From: Utricularia gibba
Lineage: Eukaryota > Plantae > Magnoliophyta
Direction of reading: 5' to 3'
Length of the DNA stretch: 24,795 nt
Assembly (NCBI GenBank): GCA_002189035.1
Contig: NEEC01000156.1
Coordinates: forward strand, 1 to 24,795
Positions 10,948 through 18,805 of the stretch are shown here, in pieces (positions within the stretch are counted from its first letter, which is position 1; the number at the start of each line of letters is the position of its first letter). The notes under the pieces were generated by a model. It did no database searches. It worked only from the letters and a program-made list of their open reading frames with translations, and was not told where the DNA came from. The position numbers were made by a program, and so were the translations under genes.

Positions 10948-11717
10948 ATGGATAAACTGGTATCTCTCTCCCTCTCATGGTGTTTTACGAGTTTCCATTT
11001 TTTCATTTCGGCTTCTACAAACGAGTTTGTGTCCCATTTGCGAAAAGGGGTTTGGGCTTTTCTTGCTTGTGAATGCGTTTGTGGGATAACTTGGTGGATG
11101 ATAGGTTCTGTGTGTTCTCTTTGATTCGTTCTGTTGAAAAGACGTGACATTCATTTCCTTGGTGTGAGTTCTAACAAACATCCCGAAAAATTTGTTCTTG
11201 AAAATCGTAGTTAGTTCTTATCTAGGTTTGTCATACTATTTCTTTTGTTTTAAAATGAAACGGCGAGCCGAGATGTCTGGCGATTAAGCCGCAAAATCCC
11301 CCATGTTTCCTAGGGAATTTTCCTGATACATGTTAGATCAAACTTAAAAAGCATTGGATTCTCTAGTTTTATTTAACGCCGCTGTATCTCAGCCTAGTGA
11401 AGGTTCGTATATCTGGACTTACCTTTCGCCGCAATGTTCAGGACGAAAACCCGCCTTACGAGAGCAAGACTGAACCTGCAAAAGAGTTTGAGGAAGATGT
11501 GACTCGTGAATCCCTGATCGAAATAGCTTATTTAGCACCCAACAACGGTGTAGCTGCTGCTCCCATGTCACCCAAATATGCAAACATCAATAAGGCTGAT
11601 GAGCCTCTCATCCATGATGGAAAGGAATTATACCGGGACAAGCTCATATCCATTTCGAATGCACCATCACCTGCAGCGAATGCGCAACCGCACCTTTCGC
11701 CTCAAATTGATGCTTAA
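10948..11717 (+). CDS. Small protein of unknown function (~95 aa) with a duplicated R-x-x-L-I-x-I-[AS] motif, 2 exons
   Basis: Exon 2 runs 11442-11717 after the acceptor ...gttcAG and reads DENPPYESKTEPAKEFEEDVTRESLIEIAY...YRDKLISISNAPSP...QIDA*. The proposed exon 1 is 10948-10959 (ATG GAT AAA CTG|GTATCT, phase 0). The EDVTRESLI/YRxxLISIS pair resembles a conserved plant small-protein family that I recall from memory and have not verified by search. Confidence 0.7.
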
Positions 11718-12787
11718 GAAGCTATCTTTAGGCTTCCCTTTAACTTTGTAATGAAACTATGCAACTGCTGCATCAAAGATGTTGATTGGGTTTTCACCCG
11801 TTTGTTTTTGCTGATGGCTCTGTGACCTACTACACCTTTGTGTTTATCCTTGAATATTGAATATGAAAGAAAAGTTTCGATCTTGTGCATGTGAAACATA
11901 GATTCGGAATATATGTTCTTGAAACGGGGCGTTGAATGAGGAATGTCTAAGATGCTGAATGATTATCTGATACTAGATTATGACGTGTTATGAGTGTCTA
12001 AAAATCTGCGAAGATCTGGAGCCTGTTGGTTTGGGGCCCTCTACCAAGACATGAGTTTGATTCCACTGGAAAGCCTTGCAATGCAAGTGGTGAGGATTAA
12101 CGGAGTTTCAGATTGTTACTGTTGTGGAAACATTAAGCACTGGCTTCGCAGTAGCAACAGTGAGCTTTGTTTCCACCATACTGTTTTTATGACTTGACTG
12201 GTGTGCACTACCTTCACCCATACCCAAATTCATGAAACGTTTTTTTGGTTTTTTTCTCCAGATGTGCAGGCTTCACACTGTAATTGAGGATACACTTTCC
12301 ATGTGCCTCGCATTATTATGAATTTGCGAGTGGTGACACTGGAGCCACGATGTTATCAACAGTAAAAAGAAGAAACTTTGAAGTGGGATTGTGCTTATCT
12401 TCAAAAACAATGGTAGGTGGATGGTGGTGCATACATCAAAAAACGGAAGGGAGCAATTAGATAAAGATGAAATGATAGAAAAATAAAACTGGCCTTTCTC
12501 TTAGTGTGTAGTGTACATCGTTTTTTGGAGTGAATATCTTGAAAACATGCATCGACTTTCTCTAAAGAAAATATGCAGCCACCGTCACGCATGCTGTTCA
12601 CCTGTGGCCATAATTTGCTTGGTAAAAAAGGACAAATGAATGCATGCTTTTTTTTCCTACAGTATGCGTTGTCAGTCCTTTTTTGTCCCTTCCTATATAT
12701 TCACTGCTTCACAGAATTCATATTCATTTCCTCTTTTTAGTCACTCCCTCTTTAGAAGAGTTCTCTCCTTGGGATTTTCAGTTCATC

Positions 12788-15215
12788 ATGTGGTGGGAAT
12801 TAGTCTTGGGGAGTGTTTTTGGTTTAACGATTTTGAAATCGGTGCTTAAGCATTTTAACTGCTGGCATCATGAGAAGAATTTGGGTTACAAGAAATATAA
12901 TCTCCCTCCAGGTGATCTTGGATGGCCTTTCATTGGCAATATGTGGTCCTTCCTCAAAGCGTTCAAGTCCAGTGCTCCTGATTCCTTCGTCTCCAGTTTT
13001 GTTCAAAGGTCTCATTACCGCACTCTCTCTTTTCATTATACACATGCTTCGTGATCTTTTCCGTGAACTTATTCTTCAGCACATGCAAATCCTCCAAATT
13101 CTGTTGCATGCAACAGGATTTTGAGGAAATGTACATATACATTTCGTTTTTTCAATGAAACTGAGTTTATCTCTGTTGTCTATCTTTGTGAGCACTTCCT
13201 CTGGAAAACTGTTACTTTCAGAGAAGACTTTTAGCTCAGAAAAAATAAGAGAACCGAACGCCATATATGTTATGCGATGAAAGTTTGATCGTATTCTGAT
13301 GGATAAAGCAGCAGTCTTTTTCTTCCATCAGCACACCCCAGTGTTCATTTTGACTTTTTTTCTTAAGCATCTTCTGTGTCTTGAGCTCGTATTTAAATTT
13401 CCTGGTTGAGTCTAGTGTAATGACTCGTAGATGATGCCCCTGTTTTCCATTTACCTCACAGGTTTGGAAACACGGGGCTGTACAAGGCCTACATGTTTGG
13501 CAATCCCAGCATCATAGTCACCACTTGGGAGGCCTGTCGGAAAGTGCTAACCGATGATGACGCCTTCAAACCGGGGTGGCCGAAATCCACAGTGAATCTT
13601 ATTGGGAAAACTTCATTTGTCGGCAAATATGATGAAGAGCACCGGTGGCTGCGGAAATTGACTGCAGCCCCTGTAAATGGACATGAAGTTCTGTCAAAGT
13701 ACATCAGCTACATTGACGATATGGTGGTTAAAGCTCTGGAAGACTGGACGAGCATGGGAGAGATAGAGTTCTTAAATGAAATAAGAAGGCTTACATTCAG
13801 GATAATCATGTACATCTTCCTGAGCTCTGAAAGCGAGCAAATTTTAACATCCTTGGAGAGGGAATACACGGCTCTGAATTACGGCGTCCGTGCGATGGCG
13901 ATCAATATTCCCGGTTTTGCCTACCACTCGGCGCTCAAGGTGTGAAACTCAGTGTCATATCTTCTGCACCTTCCTTGTTGCGTGGTTGAGTATTGGCCTG
14001 ATAAGAATAGAGATTCAAGGAGAAACGTATGCTTGTTCTGTGAAGTTAGTGCCGTTCATCATCTTGTTTCTGGTTTTCAGGCGCGAAAGAACCTCGTCTC
14101 TGTACTCCAAGGTGTGTTAGGTGAACGAAGAGAGCAAAGGGGAGGAGGAGGTTCTCCTAAGGTGCAAAAAGACATGATGGATGCTCTTATTGATGCTGAA
14201 GACGAGAGTGGTAGGAAACTCATCGATGAAGAAATCATTGATACCTTGGTGATGTACCTGAATGCCGGGCATGAATCATCCGGCCATATCACTATGTGGG
14301 CTACCATTTTCCTGCAGAATCATCCAGATGTTTTCAGAAGAGCTAAGGTTCATGCACACCTTCAGGAAACATGCATTTCAATGGTTTTCTCTTCTTTGGT
14401 TACTGTTCTGGATGTTCCTGTGCTTATATGATATCTTCAGGCGGAGCAAGAAGAAATTTCCAAGAATATGCCTCCGGGTCAGAAGGGGCTAACACTGAAA
14501 GAAATACGCAAAATGGAGTATCTTTCCAAGGTAAACCAAACTACCTTCGTTTATAAAGGCTCAGTTGTGCTGCTTCATGATTAACTTCTTCCAGCTTGGC
14601 AGGTAATCGATGAAACGATGCGTATCATTACATTCTCACTGGTCGTGTTTCGAGAGGCCAAGAAAGATGTTAATGTTTGCGGTATGCTACAAAAGACAAA
14701 AATGCAGTGTGAGAGTAGCTGTTGGCGATGAGTAAAAGCTACCATTTTGTTTCTGTTTCATCAGGTTACACAATTCCTAAAGGATGGAAGGTGTTGGTCT
14801 GGTTTAGAAGTGTCCACTTCGATCCCCAAACGTATCCAGAACCAAGGAAGTTCGATCCTTCGAGATGGGATGTGAGTTGTGAACTACTTCCTTTCATGTC
14901 TGTCTGTTCATCCATGGAAGCTGCTTGAGGTCATTACAATGTGCAGGGTTTTACGCCTAAAGCCGGACAGTTTCTTCCTTTCGGAGCAGGAAGCAGATTG
15001 TGTCCTGGAAATGATCTTGCCAAGATTGAAATCTCCATTTTCCTCCACCGTTTTCTCCTCAACTACAAGTAAATTTCATTCACGCTCTCTCTTTTTCCGC
15101 TCTTCTCTGCTGAACTGCAACCTTGTTTACCGGCAGGTTCCATCAGCGCGATCCAAGTAGCCCCTTGATGTACCTGCCGCACACAAGGCCTAAAGACAAC
15201 TGCAGGGAACAATAA
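12788..15215 (+). CDS. KAO: Ent-kaurenoic acid oxidase (cytochrome P450 CYP88A), 8 exons; 480 aa as written, ~492 aa (stop 15250) if a 1-nt G deletion near 15205 is corrected
   Basis: Exons 12788-13008, 13462-13939, 14081-14347, 14441-14530, 14603-14681, 14765-14871, 14947-15068, 15137-15215, all GT-AG. Motifs: N-terminal anchor plus [13 protein letters not shown]-helix [16 protein letters not shown] (ExxR), PSRW, heme motif [10 protein letters not shown] and [12 protein letters not shown], all characteristic of CYP88A. Confidence 0.93.
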
Positions 15216-15541
15216 CAAAGAGTGATGCACAAGATGGGTCCTGCTTTTGAGTCTTTACAACCTCAAGGTGCGTCTTATCTTCCAATCCATGGAGCTCTTC
15301 CTATGCTTGTGTGCAAGCTCGTTGCCATGTTCGAAAAACACCGACTGTGAGATATTTTACGCATCCTTGTTGGTATCATAACCATGGATGAGAAGAATAA
15401 ACCCAATCTGGAACCAGTAAAAAGTTGCATTTGTTACCAATGTTGATTCCTATCTTAAGGCCAAGGCGGAATCTTTACTCCAGGGGCAAGAGCAAGAACA
15501 TTGCCTTCCTATAAGGGAAACCAGCTTTTCTGATCCATCTC

Positions 15542-16612
15542 ATGGCTTCATACTCGATCTCATGGCCATGTACCTGCACCCTGTTGACTAACTCTCCCGT
15601 CCCTTCACCAAAACTCACCTGCAATCCTCAGCCAGAACCAGTGAAGCCTTTTACATATACAAAGTTGGCGCACTCTTTACCAATAGCGGTGCACTCCCAC
15701 AAAGCTTCCTCGACAGCAGGGCCAGAACCTCGAGATGACTGCACCAGGACGGCCCTCGAGACCGTGATGAAGCTCTACCGAGCCATCAAAAACAAGAATT
15801 TGCATGAGGTTTACGATCTGATTGCTGAAGAATGCTTATGCGTATCTAGATACGGACCTCTGCGTGGGAAGGAGGTATGCTCTCGATACTCGTGTTTCGA
15901 TTTGTCGGAAATGAGGATTGAGACCGAATGTACGATGTAGCAAGTGGTGGCTTTCTTTGCTCATGTGATGAACAACCTGGGGAAAAATCTTCAGTTCGTG
16001 GTGCAGAGGACTTTGGATGAAGGCATGGTGGTTGGAGTATCATGGAGGCTAGGTATCTTCCCATTTTCCCCTCAGCTTCTTAGTGGGGTTCATTTGTGTT
16101 CTAGCGACAGTGCATGCAGATTTGATTGCTTCATCTTGTAGAATGGAACAACATCCCTTTGTTTCTGGGACAAGGCTTCAGCATCCACATGTGCCATGTC
16201 TACGAGGGCAAGGTCATGATAACGTAAGTGCGCTGCTCTCCCCGACCGCCGGCGTGTTTGAAACTTACTTGTCCAAAAATTAAACGTAGAAAGCAGAATA
16301 AAAATGTCCAGAGCTCACATAACCAATTTAACATCGTTTCATGATGCTTGAAACCAGGCATGTAGAGGTATTCCTAGAGCCACTACTTCAGATTGAACAA
16401 CTGAGACTGGTGAGCTTCTGCAGTGTAAATGTTGTTCCTTTTCTGAATCTTTTGAGGAAGAAAATGACTGGATTCAGGAAGGGGTATCTGCAATCAGAAG
16501 CCTTGGTATAGAGCACCTGTTGAAGGACAAGAAGGCGATGGCGAGGATGATGTTCTACCTTCGTTTGATTGTTGCACTGGTGACATTATTGACAGCTCCA
16601 CGGCAAAGGTGA
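15542..16612 (+). CDS. NTF2/SnoaL-like-fold protein of unknown function with a Ser/Thr/Pro-rich, transit-peptide-like N-terminus and hydrophobic C-terminus, 5 exons, ~237 aa
   Basis: Exons 15542-15874, 15941-16052, 16142-16223, 16358-16409, 16478-16612 (an in-frame alternative acceptor gives 16457), all GT-AG and in frame. The core ALETVMKLYRAIKNKN...LRGKEQVVAFF...GMVVGVSWRLEWN...GQGFSIHMCHVYEGKVMI fits the plant NTF2-like family pattern. Fold assignment is by motif recall. Confidence 0.75.
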
Positions 16613-16691
16613 GGCCTTATGTTCGGATCTAGTGGATGTTTTCGATACCCTTATAGTAATATTTTGCACTTGTAAGTAATCCGAAAATCTA

Positions 16692-17619
16692 CTACATGAT
16701 TACACACGCATTGGGGTTTTCATCACTAAACAGCTGAGGATCATAGCCATAGTGTATGAAATAAGAAGAAGCCTCGCCACCTTTGTCGTTGGTTTTGACT
16801 TCAACCTTAACATCTTTCTCATCTTTCCCTTCCACCTCTTTTGCTCCTTTCTTTTCTTCCTTTTTCTCCTCATGCTCTTCCTTCACCTCTGTGATTTCAG
16901 CATACTTGTGAACGCTTTCCTTCATATACTCCATGAGCTCTTCAGATTTGATCACGCCCCGGACAGTTATTTTACCGGATTTTTTGTCTGTCTTCACACT
17001 GTAAATGTCTGAAGGAACTTGTAGTAAGTAGCAGCAGAGTTTCTGCCTACCTAAAATAACGTACCCCGGTGCATGATGAGTCTTCGATCAGTCTTCCGTA
17101 GGCACTCATCGCAGTGAAAGTATGCCTTCATCGTAATGGCTCTAATGGTCACTTTCTTGGACTGCTCTTTGGATTTGGCTATGGAAATCAGCTCCACTTT
17201 CTTCTTGCTCCATTTTTCCACTCTCTCCTTGACCTTCTCTGCGTCTATCGACCCTTCAACCGTGATTTTGTTCTCCTCAAATTTCACCTTCACGCTTCGA
17301 ACTCCTGAAACATTTCCCCGTTAGCTGCAACCACACGTGGTTTTCAGGATTACACATGTGTTAGAACAAAACAATACAGGTCCAGAGCATCAACTAACGC
17401 AGAAATCAAAGCATGCAAACGTGTCAGAAGCATTGCAGAAAGCTCTCTATCTTTATATCAGCTTATGAGGAGGGGGAGAGAAGGTTGAACCAGACCAGGG
17501 ATGCCAAGGATGGGAGTTTGAATGTCTTGTGCACACTGAGGGCAATGGAGGTACGCTCTGAATACTGCTGTGGATATCTCTTCCTTCTTCTTCTTCTCAT
17601 CTTCCTCTTTAGCACCCAT
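16692..17619 (-). CDS. HIPP: Heavy-metal-associated isoprenylated plant protein (HIPP) with two HMA domains, 3 exons, 226 aa (232 aa if the in-frame ATG at 17637 is used)
   Basis: Minus-strand exons 17619-17496, 17304-17065, 17008-16692, GT-AG and in frame. HMA cores are LHCPQC and FHCDEC, there is a Lys/Glu-rich linker, and the C-terminus FSDENPNACVIM* carries a CaaX prenylation box. Confidence 0.92.
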
Positions 17620-17802
17620 TTTCACTCCTACTTCCATGCTGCATCTCCCACTTTTTGTAGGAGGCTGATGCTACTTCGTCTGGTTGGTGAAGATCTGCTG
17701 AGGGTGGATCAACTCCATCCAACCCTCCTTTTGCTCATCGGATCCTCCTATTCGGATCGGGTCGTTCAGGGAAATTTTCGTTTTTCAACTGTCCGATATT
17801 TT

Positions 17803-18140
17803 TGAAATATAGTTTATTTGATAAATATATTCTTTAATAAACGTATAATATATGAAATATTTATATTATTCATCTAATCATGTTCTAAAAATTATTTTTC
17901 ATGTAAGTTTTATTAATCAATTAAATTTTGGAATATAATATAGTAAATACATATTTATAATATTAAAATATTTGTATTTTAAATATATTTATTTAAATAC
18001 AAATAATTCATATAAATTAACAAAATTATTTTGTAACCGGCATATGTAATTATGTATCCAAGTAGTCGAGTAGATCAAATTTATTAATGCGAAATTCATA
18101 AATTGGAAATTCGAATTTCTTAATTATTTTGAAACACGAT
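17803..18140. other. Extremely AT-rich island in the divergent HIPP/WNK intergenic region
   Basis: About 340 nt almost devoid of G/C runs, in sharp contrast to the flanks. Contains the inverted repeat 17969-17985/17990-18005. Confidence 0.85.
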
Positions 18141-18805
18141 TTTAGGGCTTGTTTCAGCGATTTCTTTTTAAAGTCGCTAAAAATTGTCGAAAAATAAAAT
18201 GATGGCTAATATGGATTTCTGTTTCCGCCGCACCGCTATTCTTCTGGTAGCTTCTGCTGCGTCGAGAGTTTCTCGCCATTTCCATGTTGTTCGAGTTTTC
18301 TTTTATTGGGTTCTGATTTGTAGTCCCCCATTTTCACCATCTTCATTCGGTGGTTTCTGAATTACACAACAATTGAGCATTTTTCTTCTCCGATTCTAGG
18401 TGGACGGGGTTGGGTCCTTTGCGCTTTAATCCGCACCACCTCCCAGATTGTTTTCTTTTTCTTTTTTTCCTGCGAAAAATTGTTTGGATTTGAGGAAGGA
18501 ATAATTTAAATGAGATGGGAGGATGGATCGGAGAAGTGAAATCAAATTCTTCTTTGAAGTCGCTTCAGATGAATTTTCTAGGATGCCCATTTCAATTTGA
18601 ATCGGGCATTTCCTCGTTTGCGATCGCCTGCGAAGCGTTCTCTGATCTTGTGTTGCTTTAACCGCATTGTTTGTTCTGCAGTTCATCGGATTGGATGTTC
18701 TGTTTTTCCTATTTTTTTGTTCTGTTGCATTCTTTGTGTTTCTATCCCTGGTATGAATTATCGGAAATTCCGGATTGACGATTAAAAAAAATTGGAACTA
18801 AAAAA

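Noticed and set aside
11105-11165. Possible cassette (poison) exon inside the small gene's intron (gatAG|...ggt|GTGAGT)
   Set aside because: The acceptor lacks a pyrimidine tract, and there is no support beyond dinucleotides.
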